This document shows positions 1 to 10,429 of a stretch of 64,000 nucleotides of DNA, piece by piece (position 1 is the first letter of the stretch; each line of letters opens with the position of its first letter). This DNA comes from Angustibacter luteus (GTDB lineage Bacteria > Actinomycetota > Actinomycetes > Actinomycetales > Angustibacteraceae). Location: the NCBI RefSeq assembly GCF_039541115.1, contig NZ_BAABFP010000007.1, positions 124,001-188,000 on the forward strand, written 5' to 3'. A program made the translations under genes and the position numbers. The notes beneath the pieces are model-generated. The model did not search any database and was not told the origin of the DNA. It was given only the letters and a program-made list of their open reading frames with translations.

Positions 1-739
1 CGGCGAACCCGGGCGGGGTGTTGATGCCGGTCCCCACGGCTGTGCCACCCAGCGGCACCTCGGCCACCCGCGGCAGCGTCGAGTGCAGCCGCGCGACCCC
101 GGACCGCACCTGCGCCGCGTAGCCGCCGAGCTCCTGGCCGAGCGTCACCGGGACCGCGTCCATCAGGTGGGTGCGGCCGGCCTTGACGACGTCCGCGAAC
201 TCGTTCGCCTTGCGCTGCAACGACTCTGCGAGGTGCTCCAGCGCCGGCACGAGCTCGTGGACGACGGCCGAGGTGGCGGCCAGGTGCAGGCTGGTCGGGA
301 ACGTGTCGTTGCTGGACTGGGAGGCGTTCACCTGGTCGTTGGGGTGCACCGGGCGGCCCAGTCGCTCGCTCGCCAGCCGGGCCACCACCTCGTTCACGTT
401 CATGTTCGTTGAGGTGCCCGAGCCGGTCTGGAAGACGTCGATCGGGAACTGGTCGTCGTGCTCGCCGTCCGCGATCTGCTGGGCGGCGGCGCTGATCGCC
501 TGCGCGACGTCCTCGTCCAGCACGCCGAGCCGGGCGTTGACCACCGCTGCGGCGGCCTTGATCCGGGCCAGGGCGTGGATCACGGCCGGTTCGACCCGGA
601 CGCCGCTGATCGGGAAGTTCTCGACGGCCCGCTGGGTCTGGGCGCCCCACAGGGCATCCACCGGCACTCGGACCTCACCCATTGTGTCGTGCTCGACCCG
701 GTACTGCGTGTTCCCCGACTGCTCGCTCTGCTCTGCCAT
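1..739 (-). CDS. fumC: Class II fumarate hydratase, N-terminal part (runs off the left edge of the window)
   Basis: Minus strand from ATG 739 reads [46 protein letters not shown]...[18 protein letters not shown]...[17 protein letters not shown]...[10 protein letters not shown], typical FumC motifs. Not in the ORF track because there is no stop in the window. Confidence 0.95.
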   Translation of the reverse strand, partial: MAEQSEQSGNTQYRVEHDTMGEVRVPVDALWGAQTQRAVENFPISGVRVEPAVIHALARIKAAAAVVNARLGVLDEDVAQAISAAAQQIADGEHDDQFPIDVFQTGSGTSTNMNVNEVVARLASERLGRPVHPNDQVNASQSSNDTFPTSLHLAATSAVVHELVPALEHLAESLQRKANEFADVVKAGRTHLMDAVPVTLGQELGGYAAQVRSGVARLHSTLPRVAEVPLGGTAVGTGINTPPGFA

Positions 740-799
740 ACCCCCATCCTCGCGCGGGTCGGCTTGCCGAGCACCTGCGGAGCCGACCACGATGGGGCG

Positions 800-1435
800 G
801 TGGACGTCGACGTGCTGGTTGAACGGGTGAGGGGTCTGGCTGCGGACCCGGCCAGGGCGGGGCAGCGGACGCTGGTCGGGATCACCGGCCCGCCCGGCGC
901 GGGCAAGTCGACGTTCGCCGAGCTGCTGATCGAGGCGTTGCGGCGCAACGGGATCGTGGCCGTGCTGGTGCCGATGGACGGCTACCACCTGGCTCAGCGA
1001 GTGCTGGACGAGCGCGGCCTGGCCGACGTCAAGGGTGCGCCGCAGACCTTCGACGGCGCGGGCTACCGGGCCCTGCTGGACCGCCTGCGGCAGAACGGGT
1101 CCGACGTCGTCTTCGCGCCGGAGTTCCGCCGCGAGATCGAGGAGCCGGTCGCCGGTGCCATCGCCGTCGGGCCGGCGGTCGAGGTCGTCCTCACCGAGGG
1201 CAACTACCTGCTGCTGGACGACGAGCCCTGGGCGGGCGCCCGCGGGCTGCTCGACGAGGTCTGGTACCTGGATCTGGACCCCCAGGTGCGCCAGGGTCGA
1301 CTCGCTGAGCGCCACCGCCGGTTCGGGCGTTCCGACGAGGACGCCTGGGGGCGCACGACGGGCAGTGACGAGGCCAACGCCGCGCTGGTCGAGGCCGGAC
1401 GGGCCCGAGCGGACCTCGTCGTCCCCCTCGGTTAG
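800..1435 (+). CDS. P-loop nucleoside/nucleotide kinase family protein (pantothenate kinase/FrcK-like)
   Basis: [12 protein letters not shown]alker [17 protein letters not shown] and TEGNYLLL motifs. GTG 800 lies 6 nt after a CACGAT -10-like hexamer. Confidence 0.85.
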   Translation: MDVDVLVERVRGLAADPARAGQRTLVGITGPPGAGKSTFAELLIEALRRNGIVAVLVPMDGYHLAQRVLDERGLADVKGAPQTFDGAGYRALLDRLRQNGSDVVFAPEFRREIEEPVAGAIAVGPAVEVVLTEGNYLLLDDEPWAGARGLLDEVWYLDLDPQVRQGRLAERHRRFGRSDEDAWGRTTGSDEANAALVEAGRARADLVVPLG

Positions 1436-1462
1436 CGCGCCTGCGCCAGTCCTTGATACGGC

Positions 1463-2158
1463 TCAGTCCTCGATGTCGCTGGCCCCGTCGACGTCGCCGA
1501 GCACCTCGACGACGCTGACCCGGCCGTCGTCCAGCGCGTAGACGAGCCCGACGACGGCGAGCTCGCCGCGGGCCACCGCGCCCGAGAGCAGGGCGGAGCG
1601 GTCGACGAGCAGCCGGACGGTCTGCCGGACGTGCTCCGCCTCGACCTCCTCGGTCGAGGTGAGCCCGGCCCGTTGGGCGGCCAGCACGCTGGGGGTCACT
1701 CGCTCGACGATGTCCCGGACGAAGCCCGGGGGCAGGACGCCGGTGCGCACGGAGTCCAGCGTCGCCTGCACGGCGCCGCACGAGTCGTGGCCCAGCACGA
1801 CGACCAGCGGGATGGACAGGTGTCCGACGCCGAACTCGACGGAGCCGAGGACCCCGCTGTCGACCACGTGCCCGGCGGTGCGCACCACGAACAGGCGGCC
1901 GAGCCCCTGGTCGAACACGATCTCCGCGGACACCCGGGAGTCCCCGCAGCCGAACACCAGCGCGAACGGGTGCTGGCTGTCGGCGAGCTCGGCCCGCCGG
2001 GCGACGTCCTTGTCCGCGTTGGCGGATCGGCCCGAGGCGAACCGCTCGTTGCCGTCCTGCAGCTCGCGCCACGCCTGCGGCGGCGTACGCCGTCCGTCGG
2101 TCTCGGCGGTGTCATCGATGGCGGAGGTGTCGCCGGTGTTGTGGGTGGCTTCGCTCAC
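1463..2158 (-). CDS. Beta-class carbonic anhydrase
   Basis: Zn-ligand motifs GCGDSRV and GHDSCGAV; LQDGNERF N-terminal motif. Start trimmed to GTG 2158. Confidence 0.92.
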   Translation of the reverse strand: MSEATHNTGDTSAIDDTAETDGRRTPPQAWRELQDGNERFASGRSANADKDVARRAELADSQHPFALVFGCGDSRVSAEIVFDQGLGRLFVVRTAGHVVDSGVLGSVEFGVGHLSIPLVVVLGHDSCGAVQATLDSVRTGVLPPGFVRDIVERVTPSVLAAQRAGLTSTEEVEAEHVRQTVRLLVDRSALLSGAVARGELAVVGLVYALDDGRVSVVEVLGDVDGASDIED

Positions 2159-2246
2159 GCAGGCATCCTGCCACCCCGCAACGTCCGAACGGATCGCACT
2201 CACAGGTGAGATCCATTCGGACGCCAGGGTCACCCGGGCAGGTGGG

Positions 2247-3959
2247 TCAGGGGCGGGTGCCGATGGTCATGGCCAGCGGCTTGGTGGTGGTCGCGAAGAA
2301 GTCGTTGCCCTTGTCGTCGACCACGATGAACGCCGGGAAGTCCTCGACGTCGATCTTCCAGACCGCCTCCATGCCGAGCTCGGGGTACTCGAGCACCTCG
2401 ACGTGCTTGATGCAGTCCTGCGCGAGCCGCGCGGCCGGGCCGCCGATCGAGCCGAGGTAGAAGCCGCCGTGCGCCGCGCAGGCCGCGGTCACTGCGCCGC
2501 TGCGGTTGCCCTTGGCGAGCATCACCAGGGACCCGCCGGCCGCCTGGAACTGCTCGACGTAGGAGTCCATCCGGCCCGCGGTGGTCGGGCCGAAGGAGCC
2601 CGACGCGTACCCGGCCGGCGTCTTCGCCGGGCCGGCGTAGTAGACCGCGTGGTCGCGCAGGTACTGCGGCATGGGCTCGCCGGCGTCCAGCAGCTCCTTG
2701 ATCTTGGCGTGCGCGATGTCGCGGGCCACGACCAGCGAGCCGCTCAGCGAGAGCCGGGTGGTCACCGGGTACCGGGACAGCTCGGCGCGCACCTCGTCCA
2801 TGGGCCGGTTGAGGTCGATCCGGACGACGTCCTCCCCGGTCGTGGACTCGGCGCGGGCGCGCTGGGCCAGCTCGGACGTCGTCAGGTGCTCGTCGGTGGT
2901 CTCCGGCAGGAACCGCGCGGGATCCGTCTCCAGCGCCTCGAGGAACACGCCCTCCGCGGTGATCTTGCCGAGCGCCTGGCGGTCCGCCGAGCAGGAGACC
3001 GCGATGGCCACCGGGCAGGACGCGCCGTGCCGGGGCAGCCGGACCACCCGGACGTCGTGGCAGAAGTACTTGCCGCCGAACTGGGCGCCGATGCCGAACT
3101 CGCGGGTCATCTCGAGCACCTGCTGCTCGAGCTCGACGTCCCGGAAGCCGTGTGCGGCAAGCGATCCGGACGTCGGCAGCCCGTCCAGGTACTTGGCCGA
3201 CGCGTACTTGGCGGTCTTCAGCGCGAACTCCGCCGACGTGCCGCCGACGACGATGGCCAGGTGGTACGGCGGGCAGGCGGCGGTGCCGAGGGCACGCAGC
3301 TTCTCGTCCAGGAACCGCTTCATCCCGGCCGGGTTCAGCACGGCCTTGGTCTCCTGGAACAGGAACGACTTGTTCGCCGACCCGCCGCCCTTGGCCATGA
3401 ACAGGAACTTGTACGACGTCTCGTGCCCGGCCGCGGTGTCGGCGTACAGCTCGATCTGGGCGGGCAGGTTGGAGCCGGTGTTCTTCTCGTCCCACATGGT
3501 CAGCGGCGCGAGCTGGCTGTACCGCAGGTTCAGCCGGGTGTACGCGTCGAAGACGCCTTGCGAGATGGCCTGCTCGTCGGTGCCCGGCGTCAGCACGTGC
3601 TGGCCGCGCTTGCCCATCACGATGGCGGTGCCGGTGTCCTGGCACATCGGCAGCACCCCGCCGGCCGCGATGTTCGCGTTCTTCAGCAGGTCCAGCGCGA
3701 CGAACTTGTCGTTGTTGCTGGCCGCCGGGTCGTCCAGGATCGACCGCAGCTGGGTCAGGTGCGCCGGCCGCAGGTAGTGCGCGATGTCGTGCATCGCCGT
3801 GTCGGTGAGCAGCCGCAGCGCCTCGGTGTCCACCTCGAGGAACGTCCGGCCGCCCGGACCCTCGACGGTCCGCACGCCCTCGGTGGTCAGCAGCCGGTAC
3901 TGCGTGGTGTCGCCGCCGACGGGCAGCAGGTCCTCGTAGAGGAACTCGGGCGTGGGCAT
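2247..3959 (-). CDS. Class I (Fe-S) fumarate hydratase
   Basis: [44 protein letters not shown] and GPTTAGRMD motifs. Confidence 0.95.
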   Translation of the reverse strand: MPTPEFLYEDLLPVGGDTTQYRLLTTEGVRTVEGPGGRTFLEVDTEALRLLTDTAMHDIAHYLRPAHLTQLRSILDDPAASNNDKFVALDLLKNANIAAGGVLPMCQDTGTAIVMGKRGQHVLTPGTDEQAISQGVFDAYTRLNLRYSQLAPLTMWDEKNTGSNLPAQIELYADTAAGHETSYKFLFMAKGGGSANKSFLFQETKAVLNPAGMKRFLDEKLRALGTAACPPYHLAIVVGGTSAEFALKTAKYASAKYLDGLPTSGSLAAHGFRDVELEQQVLEMTREFGIGAQFGGKYFCHDVRVVRLPRHGASCPVAIAVSCSADRQALGKITAEGVFLEALETDPARFLPETTDEHLTTSELAQRARAESTTGEDVVRIDLNRPMDEVRAELSRYPVTTRLSLSGSLVVARDIAHAKIKELLDAGEPMPQYLRDHAVYYAGPAKTPAGYASGSFGPTTAGRMDSYVEQFQAAGGSLVMLAKGNRSGAVTAACAAHGGFYLGSIGGPAARLAQDCIKHVEVLEYPELGMEAVWKIDVEDFPAFIVVDDKGNDFFATTTKPLAMTIGTRP

Positions 3960-4120
3960 CAGCGACCTCGGGATCGGTGGTTCAGGCGGGCGCCGTCCAG
4001 ATTACCTACCGCCGACTGGCGCGAAGCGGCGCCGCTGTGGCCGACCTCCCCAAATAGGTATAGGCATGACATAGCGGTGATCACGAGCGCTGGTGCACGA
4101 CGACGTGACTGGGGTGCGAC

Positions 4121-5443
4121 ATGGGTGTGCGGCGACTGCGAGGCAGGCTCGACGGCAGCGCAGGACGGGCCGGTCCGCCCACCGTCGTCCTGGTCGCGAC
4201 GGCGTTGCTGGCCGGCCTCGGGCTCGCCGCCTGCGGCAGTGGCAGCGGGTCCGGCTCCAACGCGCTGACCTGGTACATCAACCCGGACAACGGCAGCCAG
4301 GCCAAGCTGGCCGCCGAGTGCACGGCGCAGAGCAACGGCGCGTACAAGATCACCACGTCGATCCTGCCGAACGACGCGAGCACCCAGCGCGAGCAGCTGC
4401 TGCGCCGGCTCGCCGCCGACGACAGCTCGACCGACCTGATGAGCCTGGACCCGGTGTTCGTCGCCGAGTTCGCGCAGGCCGGCTTCCTCCAGCAGGTCCC
4501 CGAGGACCTCAAGGCCGACTTCACCGCGGACACGGTGCAGCCAGCGATCGACGCCTCCACGTGGAAGGACAAGCTCTACGCCGCACCGTTCTGGGCGAAC
4601 ACCCAGCTGCTCTGGTACCGGAAGTCGGTGGCGGAGAAGGCCGGCCTGGACATGTCCAAGCCGGTGACCTGGGCGCAGATCATCGCGGCAGCCAAGGCAG
4701 AGAGCAAGACCGTCGGCGTGCAGGCCAACCGCTACGAGGGCTACACGGTGTGGATCAACGCGCTGTACGCCGGTGCCGGCGGCTCGATGGTGGAGAACCC
4801 GACCGCGAAGGCGGAGCAGATCAAGCTCGGCATCGCCGGTCCGGCCGGGACGGCTGCGGCCACGGTGATCAGCGGCCTCGCCAAGTCGGGGGTCGGCGGT
4901 CCCTCCCTGTCCACCGAGGACGAGGAGGCGGCGCGCGCACTGTTCCAGGGCGACACCGGTGGCTTCATGGTCAACTGGCCGTACGTGTGGTCGGCGGCCA
5001 ACGAGCAGGCCAAGGACGTCGTCCCCGACATCGGCTGGACGCGCTACCCGCGGACCGAGGCGGACAAGACGTCCCGACCGCCCTTCGGCGGCATCGAGCT
5101 CGCCGTCGGCGCAGCGAGCAAGCACAAGGACCTCGCGTTCGAGGCGGCCAAGTGCATCACGTCGACGAAGTCCCAGATCGAGTACATGGTCAACTCCGGG
5201 AACCCGGCGGCGCGCAACGCGGCCTACGACGACGCGGCAGTCCGCAAGGCGTTCCCGATGGCCGACCAGATCCGCGCGTCGTTGGCCACCGCCGCGCCCC
5301 GCCCGATCACGGCGTACTACGGCGACGTCTCGCTCGCCGTCCAGGACGGTTTCCACCCGCCGTCCAAGGTCGATCCGCGAACGACGCCCGAAGACACGCA
5401 GAAGTACCTGCTCGAGGTCCTGAAGGGAGATGCGCTGCTATGA
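4121..5443 (+). CDS. Sugar ABC transporter substrate-binding lipoprotein (LpqY/trehalose-binding-like)
   Basis: Lipobox LAAC; QREQLLRRLAADDSSTDLMSLD and NTQLLWYRK resemble LpqY; followed by two permeases and an ATPase. Exact start uncertain. Confidence 0.88.
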   Translation: MGVRRLRGRLDGSAGRAGPPTVVLVATALLAGLGLAACGSGSGSGSNALTWYINPDNGSQAKLAAECTAQSNGAYKITTSILPNDASTQREQLLRRLAADDSSTDLMSLDPVFVAEFAQAGFLQQVPEDLKADFTADTVQPAIDASTWKDKLYAAPFWANTQLLWYRKSVAEKAGLDMSKPVTWAQIIAAAKAESKTVGVQANRYEGYTVWINALYAGAGGSMVENPTAKAEQIKLGIAGPAGTAAATVISGLAKSGVGGPSLSTEDEEAARALFQGDTGGFMVNWPYVWSAANEQAKDVVPDIGWTRYPRTEADKTSRPPFGGIELAVGAASKHKDLAFEAAKCITSTKSQIEYMVNSGNPAARNAAYDDAAVRKAFPMADQIRASLATAAPRPITAYYGDVSLAVQDGFHPPSKVDPRTTPEDTQKYLLEVLKGDALL

Positions 5444-6396
5444 GCACGGTGACCGAACCCGCCCCGACCCAGGCCGCCGAACCCCGACGCGCACGCACCA
5501 CCGACCGCGCCAGGCAGGAGCGCTCGCTCGGCTGGAAGCTGGCGGGGCCGGCCTTCGTCGTGATGCTCGCGGTGACCGCCTACCCGATCGCGAACGCGCT
5601 GTGGCTGAGCCTGTTCGACTACCGGCTGACCGACCCGACGAACCGCCGGTTCGTCTTCCTGAAGAACTACGTCGTGATCCTGGGCGACCCCATCTGGTGG
5701 CGGGCCGTGGGAGTCACCCTGCTGATCACGGTGATCACGGTGGTCGTCGAGCTGGTGATCGGGTTCGGCCTGGCGCTGGTCATGAACAAGGCGCTCAGCC
5801 TGATCCGTCCCGTGCTGCGCACCGTCATCCTGATCCCCTACGCGATCATCACGGTCGTCTCGGCCTTCGCCTGGCAGTTCGCCTTCAGCAACACGTCGGG
5901 CTTCGTCAACGACTGGTTCTCGTTCCTGCCCGGCATCAGTGAGACCACGGACTGGTTCGGCGGGTTCTGGAGCTCGCTGGCGGTCATCTGCGCGTCCGAG
6001 ATCTGGAAGACGACGCCGTTCATCTCGCTGCTGCTGCTGGCCGGCCTGGCCCAGGTGCCGGAGGAGATGCAGGAGGCCGCGCAGGTCGACGGCGCCACGT
6101 GGTGGCAGCGGATGTACAAGGTGACCATCCCCAACATGAAGGCCGCCATCATGGTGGCGGTGCTGTTCCGCACCCTCGACGCCTTCCGGGTCTTCGACAA
6201 CGTGTTCATCATGACCGCGGGAGCGCAGGGCACCGAGACGGTCTCGCTGCTGGCCTACCGCCAGACCATCACCCGGGTCGAGATCGGTATGGGGTCGGCC
6301 GTGTCGGTCCTGCTCTTCCTGTGCGTCGTGCTGATCAGCTTCGTGTTCGTCAAGGGGTTCCGGATCAACCTGGCCCAGGCCCGAGGGGAGGGCTGA
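5440..6396 (+). CDS. Carbohydrate ABC transporter permease (SugA-like)
   Basis: ATGA overlap with the upstream gene; about 6 TM segments; EIWKTTPF...EAAQVDGA EAA loop. Confidence 0.92.
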   Translation: MSTVTEPAPTQAAEPRRARTTDRARQERSLGWKLAGPAFVVMLAVTAYPIANALWLSLFDYRLTDPTNRRFVFLKNYVVILGDPIWWRAVGVTLLITVITVVVELVIGFGLALVMNKALSLIRPVLRTVILIPYAIITVVSAFAWQFAFSNTSGFVNDWFSFLPGISETTDWFGGFWSSLAVICASEIWKTTPFISLLLLAGLAQVPEEMQEAAQVDGATWWQRMYKVTIPNMKAAIMVAVLFRTLDAFRVFDNVFIMTAGAQGTETVSLLAYRQTITRVEIGMGSAVSVLLFLCVVLISFVFVKGFRINLAQARGEG

Positions 6397-7238
6397 TGGG
6401 TGCCATCAGCGGGCGCGAGCGGGCTGCCTGGCTCATCGGCGGGCTCGTCATCTTCGTCTACGCGCTCTTCCCGGTCGCCTGGATCGTCTCCCTGTCCTTC
6501 AAGTCGCCGGCGGACCTGACCAACAAGAAGTTCCTGCCCACGAGCTTCACGAAGGTCAACTACGAGCAGATCCTGACGGGCGGCGCCAAGGACCTCTTCC
6601 TGCCGGCCCTGCGCAACTCCATCGGCATCGCGCTGATCGCCACGTTCATCTCGGTGATCCTGGCGATGTTCTGCGCCTACGCCATCGCGAGGCTGAACTT
6701 CCCCGGGCGGCGACTCATCCTCACCACGGCGCTCGCGGTGTCGATCTTCCCGGTCATCTCGATCGTCACGCCGCTGTTCAACCTGTGGCGCGAGATCGGG
6801 CTGTACGACACGTGGGCCGGCCTGATCATCCCGTACCTGTCGCTGACCCTGCCGATCTCGATCTGGACGTTGTCGGCGTTCTTCCGCGAGATCCCGTGGG
6901 AGATGGAGCAGGCGGCGCAGGTCGACGGCGCCACCAGCTGGCAGGCGTTCCGCAAGGTGATCGTGCCGTTGGCGGCGCCGGGCGTCTTCACCACGGCCAT
7001 CATCGCCTTCTTCATCGCGTGGAACGACTTCGTCTACGGCATCTCGCTCACCTCGACCAACGCGGCCCGGCCGGTTCCGGCGGCGTTGGCGTTCTTCACC
7101 GGCTCGTCGCAGTTCGAGGAGCCCACGGGTGCCATCTCGGCGGCCGCGGTCATCGTCACCATCCCCGTCGTCGTCCTCGTGCTGCTGTTCCAGCGGCGCA
7201 TCGTCGCCGGCCTCACCAACGGCGCGGTCAAGGGCTGA
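6396..7238 (+). CDS. Carbohydrate ABC transporter permease (SugB-like)
   Basis: TGATG overlap; EMEQAAQVDGA EAA loop; FIAWNDF; QRRIVAGLTNGAVKG C-terminus. Confidence 0.92.
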   Translation: MGAISGRERAAWLIGGLVIFVYALFPVAWIVSLSFKSPADLTNKKFLPTSFTKVNYEQILTGGAKDLFLPALRNSIGIALIATFISVILAMFCAYAIARLNFPGRRLILTTALAVSIFPVISIVTPLFNLWREIGLYDTWAGLIIPYLSLTLPISIWTLSAFFREIPWEMEQAAQVDGATSWQAFRKVIVPLAAPGVFTTAIIAFFIAWNDFVYGISLTSTNAARPVPAALAFFTGSSQFEEPTGAISAAAVIVTIPVVVLVLLFQRRIVAGLTNGAVKG

Positions 7239-7248
7239 AGGAGCCGAC

Positions 7249-8508
7249 ATGTCAGAGATCCAGCTCAAGAACATCGTGAAGAAGTACGGCGACGGCTTCC
7301 CGGCGGTGAACGACGTCAGCCTCGACATCCGGGACGGGGAGTTCGTGATCCTGGTCGGCCCGTCCGGCTGCGGGAAGTCCACGCTGCTGCGGATGGTCGT
7401 CGGCCTCGAGGACATCACGTCCGGCGACATGATGATCGGCGGCAAGCGGGTGAACGACAAGGCGCCGCGGGAACGCAACCTGGCGATGGTCTTCCAGAAC
7501 TACGCGTTGTACCCGCACCTGACCGTCTTCGAGAACATCGCCTTCCCCTTGCGGCTGGCCAAGGGTCAGCACAGCGAGCAGGAGATCACGGACAAGGTCA
7601 ACCGTGCGGCCGACATGCTGGAGCTGCACGAGCACCTGCAGCGCAAGCCCGCCAACCTGTCGGGTGGCCAGCGCCAGCGCGTCGCGATGGGACGCGCCAT
7701 CGTGCGGCAGGCCGACGCGTTCCTCTTCGACGAGCCGCTGTCCAACCTCGACGCCAAGCTGCGCGGCCAGATGCGCACGGAGATCTCCCGGATGCAGCGC
7801 CGGCTCGGCGTCACCACCATCTACGTGACGCACGACCAGACCGAGGCGATGACGCTGGGCGACCGCGTCGCCGTCCTCAAGAAGGGTGTGCTGCAGCAGG
7901 TGGCCAGCCCGCGCGAGCTCTACGAGCAGCCGGTCAACCTCTTCGTCGCCGGCTTCATCGGCTCGCCGCCGATGAACTTCCTCCCGGCCCGGGTGGACGG
8001 CGACACGCTCAAGCTGCCGTTCTTCGACCTGCCCACGCCGGAGTCGTTGCGCGGCAAGCTGTCCGGCAAGGACCTCGTCATCGTCGGCATCCGCCCGGAC
8101 CACTTCGAGGACGCCTCGATGGTCGACGAGTCCCGGCAGGCCCGGGGCGTGGTCGTCTCGGCGCCGGTGGACCAGACCGAGTGGCTCGGCAGCGAGCAGT
8201 ACGCCTACGTGCTGTTCGACCCGGACCCCGACGTGCAGGCCAAGCTGGACGAGCTCGACCGCGACCTGGACGGCGAGGGCATGCGCAGCCAGGTCGTCGT
8301 GGCCCTCGACCCGATGAGCCGCGTGCGAGCCGGGGAGAGCACCGACCTGTGGGTGGACCCGCGGCGGGTGCACGTCTTCGACCCCGAGTCCGGGGACAGC
8401 CTGACCCGTGACGAGGAGCGCGCCAAGCAGATCGGCGAGGACAACGAGACCGAGCGCAAGCGCCAGCTCGAGCGCTCGCGGGAGCAGGAGGCCGCTGCCG
8501 CCAGTTGA
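7249..8508 (+). CDS. Sugar ABC transporter ATP-binding protein (SugC/MalK family)
   Basis: GPSGCGKST, LSGGQRQR, FLFDEPLSNLD and FIGSPPMN motifs; AAGGAG RBS before ATG 7249. Confidence 0.95.
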   Translation: MSEIQLKNIVKKYGDGFPAVNDVSLDIRDGEFVILVGPSGCGKSTLLRMVVGLEDITSGDMMIGGKRVNDKAPRERNLAMVFQNYALYPHLTVFENIAFPLRLAKGQHSEQEITDKVNRAADMLELHEHLQRKPANLSGGQRQRVAMGRAIVRQADAFLFDEPLSNLDAKLRGQMRTEISRMQRRLGVTTIYVTHDQTEAMTLGDRVAVLKKGVLQQVASPRELYEQPVNLFVAGFIGSPPMNFLPARVDGDTLKLPFFDLPTPESLRGKLSGKDLVIVGIRPDHFEDASMVDESRQARGVVVSAPVDQTEWLGSEQYAYVLFDPDPDVQAKLDELDRDLDGEGMRSQVVVALDPMSRVRAGESTDLWVDPRRVHVFDPESGDSLTRDEERAKQIGEDNETERKRQLERSREQEAAAAS

Positions 8509-8584
8509 GTCACCAAGTTCACCGTTTCGCCGGAAGCGGCCGCGGCCTCGGCGCCGATAGCCTTGCGTCCGGGAGGGGTGGACG

Positions 8585-10429
8585 TTGAACATCGAGCTGG
8601 TCCGGCTTTCGGTCGTGCTCGGCCTGGTGGCTGTGGTCTACCTGGCCGTGGCCGCCTACGTGTGGCAGCACCGGCGGGCCGCCGGGGGGCGCGCCCTGAC
8701 CGTGCTGCTGCTGTCGGCCGGGATCTGGACGATCTGCAACGCCGTCGAGGTCGCCCTGCCCGATCCCGCGGACCAGATCGTCTGGGGCGATATCAAGTAC
8801 ATCGGCATCGTCACCCTGCCGCCCGCCCTGCTCGTGTTCGCGCTCGAGTACACCGGCCGGGTCCGCCGGGTCAGCGGCGCGCTGCTCGCCCTGCTCGCGG
8901 TCGAGCCGGTGGTGGTGCTCACCGCGCTCACGGTCCCGCAGACCCACGACCTGGTCCGCTCCCTGCCGGCCGACGCGCACGTCGGTGAGTACGCCGTCGC
9001 GGTCGCCGGCCCGCTGTTCTGGGTGCACGCGCTGTACAGCTACGCGCTGGTGGTGGTGGCCATCGGGCTCATCGTGGTTGCCACCCTGGCGGTCACCCGG
9101 CGCCAGCTCGGCGCCTGGCTCCTGATCGCCTCGTGCGTGCTGCCCGTCGTGCTGAACATCGCCTACAACGTCGGCTTCGACGAGTACTTCCCGGCCGACC
9201 CGACGCCGATCGGCTTCAGCATCGCCGGCTTCGTGCTGGTCTGGGGCTTCTTCCGGTTCAAGCTGTCCGACCTGGTGCAGATGGGTCGCCGTCAGGTCGT
9301 CGAGCAGATCCCGGACTCCGTCCTGGTGCTCGACCTGCACGGCCGGATCGTGGACGCCAACCCGTCGGCCACCCGGTTGACCGGTCGCCGCGGGCACGCG
9401 CTAATCGGACGCCGGGTGCTCGACGTGCTGACCCAGCTGACCGCACTGCTGGAGACCACCCCGGTCGAGGAGTCGACGTCGGGCACCTGCCGGGCCACGG
9501 GGCCGGACGGCGTCGTCGACCTCTCGGTGACCGTCAGCCCGCTGCCCGGTGGCGGCGAGCCGCCGTCCGGTCGCCTGGTCGTGCTGCGCGACGTCACCCA
9601 GCAGCGGGACGTCGAGCGCCGCCTGCGCGAGCTGGTGACCGAGCGCACGGGCATCATCGAGACCCTGCGCCGAGGCCTCTACCCGTTGCGGCTGCCCGAG
9701 ATCCCGGGTCTGGAGGTCGCCGCGACCCTGGACCCCGCGGAGGCCGAGACCAGCATCGGCGGTGACTTCCTGGACGTCCGGTCGATCGGCTCGGGTCGCT
9801 GGGCCCTGATGCTCGGCGACGTGGTCGGCAAGGGCGCCGGGGCGGCGACGCTGACCGCGCTCGCCCGGCACACCACCATCGCGCTGACGGGTCTGGGCTG
9901 GCTGCCGTCGAGGGTGCTGGAGCGGGTCAGCCACGCGATCGCCGAGGACGACTCGGGTGGCGAGGCGGGACAGGAGGTCCGCTTCTGCACGATGGCGTTG
10001 GCCACGGTGGAACCGGGGGAGGACTCGGCCGAGGTGCTGCTGTCCCTCGGTGGGCACCCGCGACCGATGTTCGTCACAGACCGCGGCGTGGTCACCGAGG
10101 TCGGGGTGCCGGGCAGCCTGCTGGGCGTGATCGACGACCCGGAGCTGCACGACGTCCGGCTCGGGTTGCGCGCGGGCGAGGCCCTGGTGATGTTCAGTGA
10201 CGGGGTGACCGAGGCGCGCCGCGGCGCCGACGCCTTCGGCGAGCAGCGGCTGATCGAGCTGCTGTCCCGGCTGGCCGGCACGCCGGCGGCCCACATCGTG
10301 CACGAGGTGGTGTCGGCCGTCCGGGCCTTCTCGGCGCAGGAGGAGCACCGTGACGACGTCGCCGTGCTGGTCCTGGCCATCCCCGGCGCGGCCGCCACCC
10401 CGGCGTCGGCCAACCCCGCTGCTGGCTAG
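8585..10429 (+). CDS. Membrane sensor: HisKA_7TM-type N-terminal domain + PAS + SpoIIE/PP2C Ser/Thr phosphatase
   Basis: About 7 hydrophobic helices; PAS-like PDSVLVLDLHGRIVDANPSA...VLRDVT; PP2C motifs IGGDFLD, GDVVGKG, FSDGVTEA and DDVAVL. Confidence 0.85.
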   Translation: MNIELVRLSVVLGLVAVVYLAVAAYVWQHRRAAGGRALTVLLLSAGIWTICNAVEVALPDPADQIVWGDIKYIGIVTLPPALLVFALEYTGRVRRVSGALLALLAVEPVVVLTALTVPQTHDLVRSLPADAHVGEYAVAVAGPLFWVHALYSYALVVVAIGLIVVATLAVTRRQLGAWLLIASCVLPVVLNIAYNVGFDEYFPADPTPIGFSIAGFVLVWGFFRFKLSDLVQMGRRQVVEQIPDSVLVLDLHGRIVDANPSATRLTGRRGHALIGRRVLDVLTQLTALLETTPVEESTSGTCRATGPDGVVDLSVTVSPLPGGGEPPSGRLVVLRDVTQQRDVERRLRELVTERTGIIETLRRGLYPLRLPEIPGLEVAATLDPAEAETSIGGDFLDVRSIGSGRWALMLGDVVGKGAGAATLTALARHTTIALTGLGWLPSRVLERVSHAIAEDDSGGEAGQEVRFCTMALATVEPGEDSAEVLLSLGGHPRPMFVTDRGVVTEVGVPGSLLGVIDDPELHDVRLGLRAGEALVMFSDGVTEARRGADAFGEQRLIELLSRLAGTPAAHIVHEVVSAVRAFSAQEEHRDDVAVLVLAIPGAAATPASANPAAG

